Positions 21,668-31,492 of a stretch of 64,000 nucleotides of DNA are shown in pieces. This stretch comes from an uncultured Gemmatimonadales bacterium (GTDB taxonomy: Bacteria; Gemmatimonadota; Gemmatimonadetes; Gemmatimonadales; Gemmatimonadaceae). Both the position numbers and the translations under genes were made by a program. Numbering within the stretch: position 1 is the first letter of the stretch; each line of letters opens with the position of its first letter. The stretch is from contig CAWBZV010000005.1 in NCBI GenBank assembly GCA_963793305.1, positions 1,120,001 to 1,184,000 on the forward strand, in the 5' to 3' direction. The notes below the pieces were generated by a model. It searched no databases, was not told where the DNA came from, and saw only the letters and a program-made list of their open reading frames with translations.

Positions 21668-23041
21668 ATGGCCCTTCTCTCCTTTCTCGATCGTGAGCAC
21701 TCGATCGCCGAATCGGACTACAGTCGCTGGCTCGTCCCGCCTGCCGCTTTGGCCATTCACCTGTGCATCGGACAGGTCTATGCGCTCAGCGTCTTTAAGA
21801 TCCCCCTGTCCCAACTGATCGGCGGCAGTCCGAAAGCGCCCGGGAACTGGTCCCAGGAGACGATCTCCCACCTGTTCCAGATCGCGATCGTGTTTCTCGG
21901 GCTGTCGGCGGCAACGTTCGGGGCTTGGCTGGAGCGGGTCGGCCCACGCCGGGCCATGTTCACCTCCGCCTGCTGCTTCGGGGGCGGCTTTGTCGTCGGC
22001 GCCATCGGCATCTACCTGCACCAGTTCTGGCTTCTCGAGCTGGGCTACGGGGTGCTCGGCGGCATCGGGCTCGGCATCGGCTACATCTCGCCGGTGTCTA
22101 CGCTGATCAAGTGGTTCCCGGACCGCGCGGGAATGGCGACCGGCATGGCGATCATGGGCTTTGGCGGCGGCGCGATGATCGCATCCCCGCTGTCGGTCGG
22201 CTTGATGAATTTCTATAAGTCCGGGCTCTCACAGGGCGTCACGAAGACGTTCCTGACGATGGGCGTCCTGTACTTCCTGTTCATGATGTTCGGCGTCTTC
22301 AGCGTTCGTCTTCCAAAGCCGGGATGGCGTCCGGCCGGCTTCGTCGAGCCGACGACCGGTCGGATGATCACGCGGGCGAATGTCTCGGTGAATGAGGCCA
22401 TGCGGACGCCGCAGTTCTACCTCCTGTGGGTCATGCTGTGCGTGAACGTCACGGCGGGCATTGGCGTCATCGAGCAGGCGTCGCCGATGATCCAGGAGAT
22501 GTTCCCCGGCGTGATCAAGGCATCGGCGGCCGCCGGGTTCGTCGGACTGCTCAGCATCGCGAACATGAGCGGCCGGTTTCTGTGGTCTTCGTTCTCCGAC
22601 ATCATTGGCCGGCGCGCCACCTACGCGACGTTCTTCGCGCTCGGCGCGGTGCTCTACTGGTGTATTCCGGCCGCGGGCCATAGCGGACGGGTCTGGTTGT
22701 TCGTGCTGATCTGCGTCGTTGTTCTCACGATGTACGGCGGCGGGTTCGCGACGATCCCCGCCTATCTGCGCGACATGTTCGGCACGATGCAGGTCGGCGC
22801 GATCCACGGCCGGTTGCTCACGGCGTGGTCACTGGCGGGCGTCCTGGGCCCGCTGATCGTGAACCGCATGCGCGAGTCGCAGATCGCCGCGGGTGTCGCA
22901 AAGGCCGATGCCTATACGCTCAGCATGCACATCATGACCGCGCTGTTGGTCGTTGGCTTTCTCTCGAATCTCTTTGTGCGCCCGGTCGATGAGCGGCACC
23001 ACTATCGGACAGCGACCGAGCCGGCGGGGGTGCCGACATGA
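21668..23041 (+). CDS. OFA-family (oxalate/formate/lactate-type) MFS transporter
   Basis: HLCIGQVYA, GYISPVSTLIKWFPDRAGMATG, YGGGFATIPAYL, IHGRLLTAWS. Confidence 0.9.
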   Translation: MALLSFLDREHSIAESDYSRWLVPPAALAIHLCIGQVYALSVFKIPLSQLIGGSPKAPGNWSQETISHLFQIAIVFLGLSAATFGAWLERVGPRRAMFTSACCFGGGFVVGAIGIYLHQFWLLELGYGVLGGIGLGIGYISPVSTLIKWFPDRAGMATGMAIMGFGGGAMIASPLSVGLMNFYKSGLSQGVTKTFLTMGVLYFLFMMFGVFSVRLPKPGWRPAGFVEPTTGRMITRANVSVNEAMRTPQFYLLWVMLCVNVTAGIGVIEQASPMIQEMFPGVIKASAAAGFVGLLSIANMSGRFLWSSFSDIIGRRATYATFFALGAVLYWCIPAAGHSGRVWLFVLICVVVLTMYGGGFATIPAYLRDMFGTMQVGAIHGRLLTAWSLAGVLGPLIVNRMRESQIAAGVAKADAYTLSMHIMTALLVVGFLSNLFVRPVDERHHYRTATEPAGVPT

Positions 23042-23136
23042 AAGGACGGCTGATCATTGCCTGGAGCTTCGTCGGCATCCCGTTGATTTGGGGTGTCGCC
23101 CAGGTCGTCACGCGATCGCTGGCGCTGTTCCGGTAA
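23038..23136 (+). CDS. 32-aa single-TM MFS-associated small protein MKGRLIIAWSFVGIPLIWGVAQVVTRSLALFR
   Basis: ATG overlaps the MFS stop (ATGA); AWxxVGIPLxWGV pattern typical of OFA-MFS tail or small subunits; too short for the ORF track. Confidence 0.8.
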   Translation: MKGRLIIAWSFVGIPLIWGVAQVVTRSLALFR

Positions 23137-23142
23137 GTCCAA

Positions 23143-23216
<74 letters not shown>

Positions 23217-23249
23217 TTCACGGCAGGTTACCGGGCGCTCGACGGCCGG

Positions 23250-24243
23250 TCAAGCGTCAGGGTAGTCGTCGAACGCCGCCACCACCTCGGCGGCCGAGAC
23301 GGTGGCGGCGCCGAGCTTGCCGACTTCGACACCGGCGGCGTAATTCGCGACGATCGCCGCTTCCAACGCGCTCGCTCCACCAGCCAACATGGCTGCCAAA
23401 TAGGCGGTCACGGTATCGCCGGCCCCGACGACGTCATACACCGCGCGCGCGGTCGTCGGGACGTGGTGCGTTGAGCCATCGGGTTCGATCAGCGCCATGC
23501 CCTTTTCTCCAAGGGTCAGCAGGAGATGCTCGACGCCGAGTCGTTTCAGGGTCGCATGCAGCTCGGCCGGCTCATCGAGATCGACCGCCGCTCCGAGCGC
23601 ATTTTCCAACTCTCGTCTATTGGGCTTGAAGATCGTCGCGCCGCCGTACTGGAAAAAATGTCGATACTTGGGATCGACGACGACCGGAATACGTCGTTCG
23701 CTGGCTCCCTCGATGGCTCGCCGGATCACGCGGGGTACGAGCACCCCCTTGTTGTAGTCCTCGAGCACGACAGCGTCCGCGTCGGCGACCGCCCGGCTCA
23801 CGACATCGAGGAGCCCGTCGATCTCCGCGCCGGAGATGTCGGCATCTTCTTCTTCGTCGAACCGCACGACCTGCTGCGCCCGCGCGAGGACGCGAGTCTT
23901 CGTGGTCGTGGGACGACCCACCATGCACAGCGCGCGCGGATCGGTGGGCAACCCGCGGAGCAGGTCGCGCACGACGCCGCCGGCAATGTCATCGCCGACG
24001 ACCGCCACGAGCTCGCAACGCGCGCCCAACGCCACGACATTCTGCGCGACGTTCGCGGCGCCACCCAGCGCTTGCGCGCGCTGGCGCACGCGTACGACCG
24101 GCACGGGCGCCTCGGGGGAGATGCGATCGAACGTCGCCACGGAGATACACATCGAGCATCGCGTCGCCGACGACCGCGACGCGCATCCCCCGCGCCGCAT
24201 CGAGCAGCTCGACGAGCCGCGCCCGCGAAATGGACGGTTGCAT
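23250..24243 (-). CDS. rfaE1: D-glycero-beta-D-manno-heptose-7-phosphate kinase (HldA/RfaE1), +1 frameshift at 24129-24135 (about 330 aa if repaired)
   Basis: VVGDAMLDVY then RISPEAPVPVV, LGGAANVA, DYNKG, KPNRRE, VYDVVGAGDTV. Confidence 0.9.
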
Positions 24244-24304
24244 GAGGGAGCTAAGATAAACCGAAGGGTGGACTCTCGGCACGGGGCTTGCCCAATAGAC
24301 GGGG

Positions 24305-25111
24305 ATGCTTGCCCGTGCGCGCCTGAACGATGCGGCGAAGGCGAAGGTGCTGGGCCTCCAGAACTTCGCCGTGCTGGCATGGAATGCCACCAGGTTCATT
24401 TTTGCGCGACCGTTTTATGCCCTTGACGTCGTCCAGCAGATGGACGCCATCGGCGTTGACTCGGTCGGCATTGTCGTTCTGACCGGCTTCTTCACCGGCA
24501 TGGTGCTCGCGCTGCAATCGTCGAACAGCCTGGCGGGGTTCGGCGCGACGCTCTTCGTCGGTCGCCTCGTGAGCGCCTCGATGATCCGCGAGCTCGGTCC
24601 CGTGCTGGCGGGACTGATGGTCGCGGGGCGCGTCGGCTCCGGCATCGCGGCCCAGATCGGCTCGATGCGAGTCACGGAGCAGATCGATGCGCTCAATACG
24701 CTCGGCACGGACCCGATCAAGAAGCTCGTCACGCCGCGCCTCATCGCCGCGCTCATCATGGTACCGGTCCTGACCGTCATCAACGATGTGGTCGGCATCA
24801 TTGGCGGCAATGTCATCGGCGCGTTCGTGATTGGTGTGCCGAGCGCACTCTACTGGCATACGGTCTGGCAGCAGATCGCAGCCGATGGCTTCGTCTGGCG
24901 TGTGATCCCGCAGGATTTCATTCAGGGGCTCGCGAAGCCGTTTCTGTTCGGAGGGATCATCGCGATTACCGGCTCGTACTACGGGCTCGCGACGACGGGT
25001 GGCACCGAGGGCGTTGGCCTGAGCACGACGCGTACGGTGGTGACGGCGAGCATCAGCATTCTCGCCGTCGATTACGTCGTCACGCAGTTCCTGCTGACGA
25101 TATTCTCGTGA
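24305..25111 (+). CDS. mlaE: MlaE-family ABC permease
   Basis: FTGMVLALQ, RELGPVL, GRVGSGIAA, MRVTEQIDAL, PRLIA. Confidence 0.92.
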   Translation: MLARARLNDAAKAKVLGLQNFAVLAWNATRFIFARPFYALDVVQQMDAIGVDSVGIVVLTGFFTGMVLALQSSNSLAGFGATLFVGRLVSASMIRELGPVLAGLMVAGRVGSGIAAQIGSMRVTEQIDALNTLGTDPIKKLVTPRLIAALIMVPVLTVINDVVGIIGGNVIGAFVIGVPSALYWHTVWQQIAADGFVWRVIPQDFIQGLAKPFLFGGIIAITGSYYGLATTGGTEGVGLSTTRTVVTASISILAVDYVVTQFLLTIFS

Positions 25112-25914
25112 CCACCGCCGCCGGCGTTCGCCGCGCGATGCGCCGCGAGCTCGCCAAGGATGAACCGGGGGCGCCGTCGGGTGTCCCGATCATCCAAATC
25201 GACCATGTGTCGCTGGCGTTCGAGAACCCGGTGCTCGACGATGTGTCGTTTGACGCGTATCAGGGCGAAACGATCGCGGTTGTCGGTGAATCGGGCACAG
25301 GCAAGTCGACGCTCCTCAAGCTGATGCTGCGGCTGTTGCGTCCAGACGAGGGCCGCGTATTGATCAACGGCCGGGACATCAGCGAGTTGACGTTCGACGA
25401 TGCGCTCGCGGTGAGGAGTTGCATGGGCATGGTGTTTCAGGGGGCGGCGCTGTTCGACTCGATGAGCGTGTTCGAGAACGTCGCGTACCCACTCCGCGAG
25501 CACACGACGATGGACGAAGACGCCATCGAGGCGCGCGTTCGCGAGAAGCTGGAGTTCGTCGACCTCGAACCGGAGCGCGTGATCGGGTGCCTTCCCTCCG
25601 AGCTCTCTGGCGGGATGAAAAAGCGTGTCGGGATCGCCCGCGCGATGGCGAATAACGCCCCGATCATGCTCTACAATGAGCCGACGTCGGGGCTCGACCC
25701 GCTGACCACTGGCACGATCACCCGCCTGATCATGAAGCTTCAACGCGAGCTCGGCATCACGAGCATTGTGGTCACGCACGATATTCGCTCCGCGAACCGG
25801 ATGGCGAGCGCCATCGCGCTGTTGCACGATCGCCGGATCACGTTCTTCGGAACCCCCGAGGACATGGCCGCGAGCGAGGATCCCTACATCCGGGATTTCC
25901 TGGGAGGATTATGA
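25108..25914 (+). CDS. mlaF: MlaF-family ABC ATPase (Walker B reads YNEP instead of YDEP)
   Basis: GESGTGKS, FQGAALFDS, ELSGGMKKRVGIARA, VTHD. Confidence 0.9.
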   Translation: MTTAAGVRRAMRRELAKDEPGAPSGVPIIQIDHVSLAFENPVLDDVSFDAYQGETIAVVGESGTGKSTLLKLMLRLLRPDEGRVLINGRDISELTFDDALAVRSCMGMVFQGAALFDSMSVFENVAYPLREHTTMDEDAIEARVREKLEFVDLEPERVIGCLPSELSGGMKKRVGIARAMANNAPIMLYNEPTSGLDPLTTGTITRLIMKLQRELGITSIVVTHDIRSANRMASAIALLHDRRITFFGTPEDMAASEDPYIRDFLGGL

Positions 25915-26888
25915 AGCGAGCGACCCGCATCTCGTGGGAAGAGCTCCGCGTCGGTCTCGTCATCGTGATCGCGGTCGCCGCCGGCATCTTCGCGATGTTC
26001 GAGCTGGGCCAAGCCGCCAACCTGTTCACGTCGCGTTACCGTTTGATCGCGTACCTGAAGAACGCGAAGGGCCTCGCCAAGGGCGCGGCGGTGACGATCA
26101 ATGGCCAGGTCGCTGGATCGATCGAGTCGATCGAATTCCTGCCCATCTCCAACGACACGACGCGGAATCTCAGGATCACGGTCGCGATCGACCGCCGCCT
26201 GCAACCCCAGGTCCGCGGCGACAGCCGCGCGACGCTCCAATCGCTCGGACTCCTCGGCGACAAGGTCTTCAACATCTCCACGGGGACGGCGAAGTACAGC
26301 GTGCTCCAACCGGGGGATGTCGTGCCGTTGGCCACCTCGCTCGACTACGACCAGGTGGTCCAACAGGCCGGTACGGCCGTGACGGCCATGGTCGCGCTGA
26401 CGCAGGACCTCAAGTCGATCTCCGGCAGCATCATCAAGGGCGAAGGGACAATGGGCCAGCTCATCACGAACCGGTCACTCTACAATGCGCTCACCGGCAC
26501 GCTGCAACAGACCAATACGCTCCTGGCTCGACTCCAGGATCAGCACGGAACGCTCGGCCACCTGATCGACGACCCAACGCTGTACGAAAACCTGACAGCG
26601 GCCGTGGCCTCGATCGACTCGCTCGCGACCGCCTTGAGCTCACGGAAGAGCACCCTCGGCCGTCTCCTGCGCGACGATACGTTGTACACGCACATGGTCA
26701 GCGTGGCCGTCGGTGCCGACTCCCTGGTCAAAAGCGTCGAGAGCGGCAACGGATTCGCCGGCAAGATGCTCCGCGACCAGCAACTCTACGATCAGTTGCT
26801 CAAAGCGGTGACGGACCTCAATGCGGTGCTGGCCAACGTCCGACGCGATCCGAATCGCTACACCAAAGGCCTCGTGCGCGTGTTTTGA
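25911..26888 (+). CDS. mlaD: MlaD/MCE-family substrate-binding protein
   Basis: ELRVG plus TM, GL..GA.V...G...G MCE motif, GLLGDK, helical GT.G.L..D..LY repeats. Confidence 0.88.
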   Translation: MKRATRISWEELRVGLVIVIAVAAGIFAMFELGQAANLFTSRYRLIAYLKNAKGLAKGAAVTINGQVAGSIESIEFLPISNDTTRNLRITVAIDRRLQPQVRGDSRATLQSLGLLGDKVFNISTGTAKYSVLQPGDVVPLATSLDYDQVVQQAGTAVTAMVALTQDLKSISGSIIKGEGTMGQLITNRSLYNALTGTLQQTNTLLARLQDQHGTLGHLIDDPTLYENLTAAVASIDSLATALSSRKSTLGRLLRDDTLYTHMVSVAVGADSLVKSVESGNGFAGKMLRDQQLYDQLLKAVTDLNAVLANVRRDPNRYTKGLVRVF

Positions 26889-26968
26889 CAGTAGGCCCGC
26901 TCGGATGTTTGCCGAGACCCCACGTCGGTGCATTTCGTCACCGAGGCTGGCTCATTGGTACGAACCCG

Positions 26969-26977
26969 TGATACATT
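26969..26977 (+). promoter_or_regulatory. Putative extended -10 promoter (TGaTACATT) for the arylsulfotransferase gene
   Basis: TGnTAnnnT about 75 nt upstream of the start, in an intergenic region. Confidence 0.35.
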
Positions 26978-27051
26978 CGCTCCGACAGAATCGAGGCGTG
27001 TCGTGGTCCCGCGCGCCTCCGCCGAAACGGCCCGTTTCTCTTGCGAGGGTG

Positions 27052-28479
27052 ATGATGCGCGTCATGTGTGCGATCGGGGTGCTGGTGCTCGCTGCGTGTT
27101 CGGAATCTAACCCCACGGGCTACAATGCTGGGTCACTGCATGTGGGCGGCGTGACCGTTCACCACAACGCGAACAACGGCCTCTCGTTTCACTTCACCTT
27201 TCAAGCAACGGGCGCGGACTCGGCCCGCATCCTGTACGCGGGACCGGGCGATACCGGCGCGACTCCGTGGTCGCACCTCGTGTCAGGTCAGAACCAAATG
27301 GATGTGCTCGGTCTCCTTCCCGCCATCCAGTACAACCTCACGCTCCAGGTCGTGGGCGTCGCTGGCGCGACCGTCGACCCTCAGTTCCTCCAAGTCACGA
27401 GCAACCTCCCCACCTCGCTCACGGATGCGCACATCACGTACACCGGGACCCCCGGACCGGGGTACACACTGCTCTCCACCATCCTAGAGAAGACGGGCAA
27501 TACGGCCGCGATCGCCTTCGACTCACTCGGCCGCGTCCGCTGGTATCGCGAATTCACGAATACGAGCTCGCTCAATGCGCAGATGCAGCGCAACGGCCAT
27601 TTCACGGTGGGGCTCACCAACCCGGACTCGCTCACGATACAGGTCGGCCGGTATATCGAGCTGTTGCCGAACGGCGACAGCGTCGCTGGCTACACGGCGC
27701 CCGCGCCCTATCAGACTGATTGCCACGAGATCGTGCTGTCCGGAGATTCCGCGACGGGGATAACCGCGCAGTTCTTCGCGTACGATACGACGCGCGCGTT
27801 CAACCTGACAGCGCTCGGTGGACCGGCCGATGGCAAGGTCTACGGCCACACGTTGTTTCGCATGACGGGGCCGAGCACCGTCACCTTTTCGTGGGATACG
27901 TGGAGCGCGTTCGGCATCTCCGACTGGGTCGAGCAAGGCGGCACCACGGCCGACTACGATCACCCGAACGCGCTGTCGTTCGATGCCGACAGCAACTACC
28001 TGATCTCGTTCCGCAACATGGCGAGCGTCGTCAAGTTGAACCGAAACACCGGCGCGGTCATCTGGCAGCTCGGGGGCAATCGCAGCACCTTCACGATCGT
28101 CAATGATCCGCTGGGCTTCTTCAGCGCGCAACATTTCGCCCGGCGCCTCCCGAATGGACACATCCTGATGTACGACGATGGAGACCGCCACTCGCCGTCA
28201 ACGTCGCGCGCCGTCGAATACGCGCTGGACACCGTCGCCAACACCGCCACTCTGGTATGGCAGTATCTACCGCAACCGGCAGTGTACACCCCGGTCGTCG
28301 GTTCGGCCCAGCGGCTGGCGAACGGCAACACGGTCGTGGGATTCGGACAGGCCGCGCAGATCGACGAGGTGGATGCGAACGGACACTTGCTCGCGCGGGG
28401 GATGTTCACGTGGAGCGGCGCCACAGCGTTCTACCGCGCGCTCCGCTTGCCGTCGCTCTACCGATACGAGACGCCCTGA
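27052..28479 (+). CDS. Arylsulfotransferase (ASST) family lipoprotein
   Basis: Lipobox LAAC; DCHE, DYDHPNAL, ISFRN, WQLGG, FSAQH, GSAQRLANGNT. Confidence 0.78.
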   Translation: MMRVMCAIGVLVLAACSESNPTGYNAGSLHVGGVTVHHNANNGLSFHFTFQATGADSARILYAGPGDTGATPWSHLVSGQNQMDVLGLLPAIQYNLTLQVVGVAGATVDPQFLQVTSNLPTSLTDAHITYTGTPGPGYTLLSTILEKTGNTAAIAFDSLGRVRWYREFTNTSSLNAQMQRNGHFTVGLTNPDSLTIQVGRYIELLPNGDSVAGYTAPAPYQTDCHEIVLSGDSATGITAQFFAYDTTRAFNLTALGGPADGKVYGHTLFRMTGPSTVTFSWDTWSAFGISDWVEQGGTTADYDHPNALSFDADSNYLISFRNMASVVKLNRNTGAVIWQLGGNRSTFTIVNDPLGFFSAQHFARRLPNGHILMYDDGDRHSPSTSRAVEYALDTVANTATLVWQYLPQPAVYTPVVGSAQRLANGNTVVGFGQAAQIDEVDANGHLLARGMFTWSGATAFYRALRLPSLYRYETP

Positions 28480-28539
28480 GGTCGCCCGTATCGAACGATG
28501 ACGCGCCCGCCGGGGCGATGACGCGCTAGTTTCCGATCC

Positions 28540-29523
28540 GTGTTTATTGATCGTGTGACTGTCATCATCGAAGCCGGCACGGGTGGTTCCGGGGCGAGCT
28601 CCTTCCGCCGCGAGTTCCGCGTGCCCTTTGGTGGACCCGATGGCGGCGACGGCGGACGCGGCGGGGACGTGTACGTCCAGGCCGACGAGAATCTCACCAC
28701 GCTCCTGGACTACACGTACCGCGACCGGTGGGTCGCCGAGCGGGGTGAGCACGGCATGGGGTCGAACAAGACCGGTCGATCCGGCCCAGATATCACGCTG
28801 CCGGTGCCGCCGGGCACCGTGATCGTCGACTCCAAGACCGGCGAGCGGCTGGGTGAGGTGGTCGAACACGGCCAGACGCTGCTCGTAGCCCACGGCGGCC
28901 GCGGCGGGAAGGGCAATGCCTTCTTCGCCACCGCGACGCACCAAAGCCCCCGCGAGTGGCAGCCCGGCGAAGAGGGCGAGCACCGCACGTTACTGTTGGA
29001 GCTCAAGCTGATCGCCGACGTCGGTCTGGTCGGCCAGCCGAATGCCGGCAAGTCCACGCTGCTGTCGGTGATCTCGGCGGCGCGCCCAAAGATCGCCGAC
29101 TACCCGTTCACGACGCTCTCGCCAAACCTCGGCGTCGTCCAACTCAGCGACGGCCGTACATTCGTCGTCGCGGACATCCCCGGCATCATCGAGGGTGCCC
29201 ACGAGGGCCGCGGCCTCGGCCTCCAGTTCCTGCGCCACATCGAGCGCACGCGGCTGCTGGCGTTTCTGATTCCCATCGACGCGATGGATCTCCAGGCCGA
29301 GTACGATGGCCTCCGCGCCGAGGTCGCCGCGTACTCGAACGACCTCACGCAGCGTCCGCACTGCGTCGTGCTCACGAAGATGGACCTCTGGGGCCCAGAC
29401 CCGGCTCCCACTGTTGACGCGCCGGATGCGTTCGGGATCTACCCGATCTCCGCTGCCGGGCGTACGGGCCTCGACGCGCTGCTCGCCGCTTGGTGGACAC
29501 AACTCCTCGCCCAGCGCGCCTGA
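28540..29523 (+). CDS. obgE: GTPase ObgE/CgtA
   Basis: FIDRV, Gly-rich Obg fold, GQPNAGKS, YPFTT, DIPG, TKMD. Confidence 0.96.
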   Translation: MFIDRVTVIIEAGTGGSGASSFRREFRVPFGGPDGGDGGRGGDVYVQADENLTTLLDYTYRDRWVAERGEHGMGSNKTGRSGPDITLPVPPGTVIVDSKTGERLGEVVEHGQTLLVAHGGRGGKGNAFFATATHQSPREWQPGEEGEHRTLLLELKLIADVGLVGQPNAGKSTLLSVISAARPKIADYPFTTLSPNLGVVQLSDGRTFVVADIPGIIEGAHEGRGLGLQFLRHIERTRLLAFLIPIDAMDLQAEYDGLRAEVAAYSNDLTQRPHCVVLTKMDLWGPDPAPTVDAPDAFGIYPISAAGRTGLDALLAAWWTQLLAQRA

Positions 29524-30329
29524 ACGACCTGTCGGACCCTCCCGACGTCCTGTATTCGGCCGGCTCGCTCGCTATACTGGACGCGCCGACCGTAACGCTG
29601 GTCGGTAGCCGTCGGGCGACCGCATATGGCGAACGCATAGCACGCGTCTTCGGCACCGCATTCGCCCGCGCAGGCGTCTCCGTCATCAGCGGTCTCGCCT
29701 ACGGCATCGATGTCGCCGCCCAACGTGCTGCGCTGGAAGCTGGTGGCAACGTCTGCGCGGTTCTCGGCACTGGCCTGGACGTGTTCTACCCTCTCTCCCA
29801 TCGCCGCATCCAGCAGACCATCGCCGAGCGTGGACTTCTGCTATCCGAGTACGCGGCAGGAACGACGGCCCGTCAATGGCATTTCCCACAGCGAAACAGG
29901 CTCATGGCCGCCCTGGGTCGGGCGACGATCGTCATCGAGGCCGGCGAAACCAGCGGCGCGCTGTTGACGGCCCAAATCGCGCTCGACCTGGGCCGCGCGG
30001 TCGGCGTCGTTCCCGGCAACATTGACTCGCCAGAGTCGCGCGGCACCAACGATCTGCTCCATCGCGACAAGGTCGCGCCGGTCACGGACGTTGCGAGTGC
30101 CTTGGCATTACTCAACGCCGCGCCGTCGATGCGGCAACTCGAGCTCGCGCCGGACGAGGAAGCCGTCTGGCGCGCCTTGCCGGCAACGAGCGTCGACGAC
30201 CTTGTCGCTCGCACCACGCTCCCGACGCCGCGCTGCCTAGCGGCCGTCGCCTCCTTGGAGCTCGCCGACGCACTTACCGTTGGCTACGACGGCTCAATTC
30301 GACGGCGGGAAACCGGCGATATTTCATGA
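29490..30329 (+). CDS. dprA: DNA-processing protein DprA (short form)
   Basis: VGSRRAT, SGLAYGID, FPQRNRL, EAGETSGALLTA; start uncertain. Confidence 0.9.
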   Translation: MVDTTPRPARLNDLSDPPDVLYSAGSLAILDAPTVTLVGSRRATAYGERIARVFGTAFARAGVSVISGLAYGIDVAAQRAALEAGGNVCAVLGTGLDVFYPLSHRRIQQTIAERGLLLSEYAAGTTARQWHFPQRNRLMAALGRATIVIEAGETSGALLTAQIALDLGRAVGVVPGNIDSPESRGTNDLLHRDKVAPVTDVASALALLNAAPSMRQLELAPDEEAVWRALPATSVDDLVARTTLPTPRCLAAVASLELADALTVGYDGSIRRRETGDIS

Positions 30330-30330
30330 C

Positions 30331-31482
30331 GTGCCCCCGCGCCACCTCTATGTCCACGTCCCATTCTGCGCCCGTCGCTGCTCGTACTGCGATTTTTCGA
30401 TCGCGGTCCGAGCCAAGCTGCCAGTAGCCGAGTACCTGTCGGCTCTGCGCGTCGAGTTGACGCTGCGCCATGGCGCCGACGGGCCGTGGCCGGTGGACAC
30501 GATCTACTTGGGCGGAGGCACGCCGTCAGCGTTGGGCGCAGATGTTGGTCGCCTGATGGACCTGCTGCGTGAATTCGTGCAACCAACGTCAGGTGCCGAA
30601 GGTGGCGAAGGTGCTGGGGATGCCGAGGGTGCCGAAGTGACACTCGAAGCGAACCCCGAGCACGTCACTCCGCGCATGGCCGCAGCATGGCGGGAAGCCG
30701 GCGTCAATCGCCTGTCCCTGGGCGCGCAGTCGTTCGACTCGAAAGTTCTAGCGTGGATGCACCGCACCCATCGCGTGGATGATATTTCGCGCGCCGTAGA
30801 CGCAGCGCGAAGCGCGCGTCTAGAAAACGTGTCTTTGGATCTGATCTTCGCCCTCCCGACGAAACTCGGCCGGGACTGGGAGGCAGACCTGAATCGCGCT
30901 ATCGCCCTCGACCCGGCCCACATTTCGCTCTACGGCTTGACCGTGGAACCTGCCACGCCCTTGTCGCGCTGGATCGCACGTGGCGAGACCACGCCGGCCG
31001 ATGATGGCGTCTATGCGGGCGAGTTCCTGCGGGCCCACGCGATGGCGGCGTCCGCTGGCTTCGATCACTACGAAGTGTCGAACTTCGCGCTACCTGGCCG
31101 GCACTCGCGACACAACTCGGCCTATTGGTCCGGTGCGCCCTACGCCGGACTGGGTCCGTCCGCTCACGAGTTCGATGGGACGACCCGTCGCTGGAACGTC
31201 GCCCCGTATGCCGAGTGGTGTTCTACGCTGCGCGCCGGCAAAGACCCGATTGGGGGGTCTGAGCAACTCACGCGAGAAAACCAGGAGACCGAGCGCGTGT
31301 ATTTGGGGCTGAGAACAGCGAGCGGTCTTGTAATCGAACCAGGTGATGAGCCCGTAATAGACTCGTGGGAGCAGCAAAACTGGGCGGATCGGCGAGCCGA
31401 CCGAGCCATATTGACCCCTGACGGTTGGCTTCGTCTGGATGCCTTGGCCACTGACTTGACTTATGCCAGAAGTCGTTCGTAG
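30331..31482 (+). CDS. hemW: Radical SAM heme chaperone HemW
   Basis: LYVHVPFCARRCSYCDF, GGGTPS, YEVSNF, HNSAYW. Confidence 0.92.
   Translation: MPPRHLYVHVPFCARRCSYCDFSIAVRAKLPVAEYLSALRVELTLRHGADGPWPVDTIYLGGGTPSALGADVGRLMDLLREFVQPTSGAEGGEGAGDAEGAEVTLEANPEHVTPRMAAAWREAGVNRLSLGAQSFDSKVLAWMHRTHRVDDISRAVDAARSARLENVSLDLIFALPTKLGRDWEADLNRAIALDPAHISLYGLTVEPATPLSRWIARGETTPADDGVYAGEFLRAHAMAASAGFDHYEVSNFALPGRHSRHNSAYWSGAPYAGLGPSAHEFDGTTRRWNVAPYAEWCSTLRAGKDPIGGSEQLTRENQETERVYLGLRTASGLVIEPGDEPVIDSWEQQNWADRRADRAILTPDGWLRLDALATDLTYARSRS
30592..30636 (+). repeat. Five degenerate 9-bp units (ggtgccgaa-like) encoding GAEGGEGAGDAEGAE in hemW
   Basis: ggtgccgaa ggtggcgaa ggtgctggg gatgccgag ggtgccgaa. Confidence 0.7.
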
Positions 31483-31492
31483 TTTTGAACTT

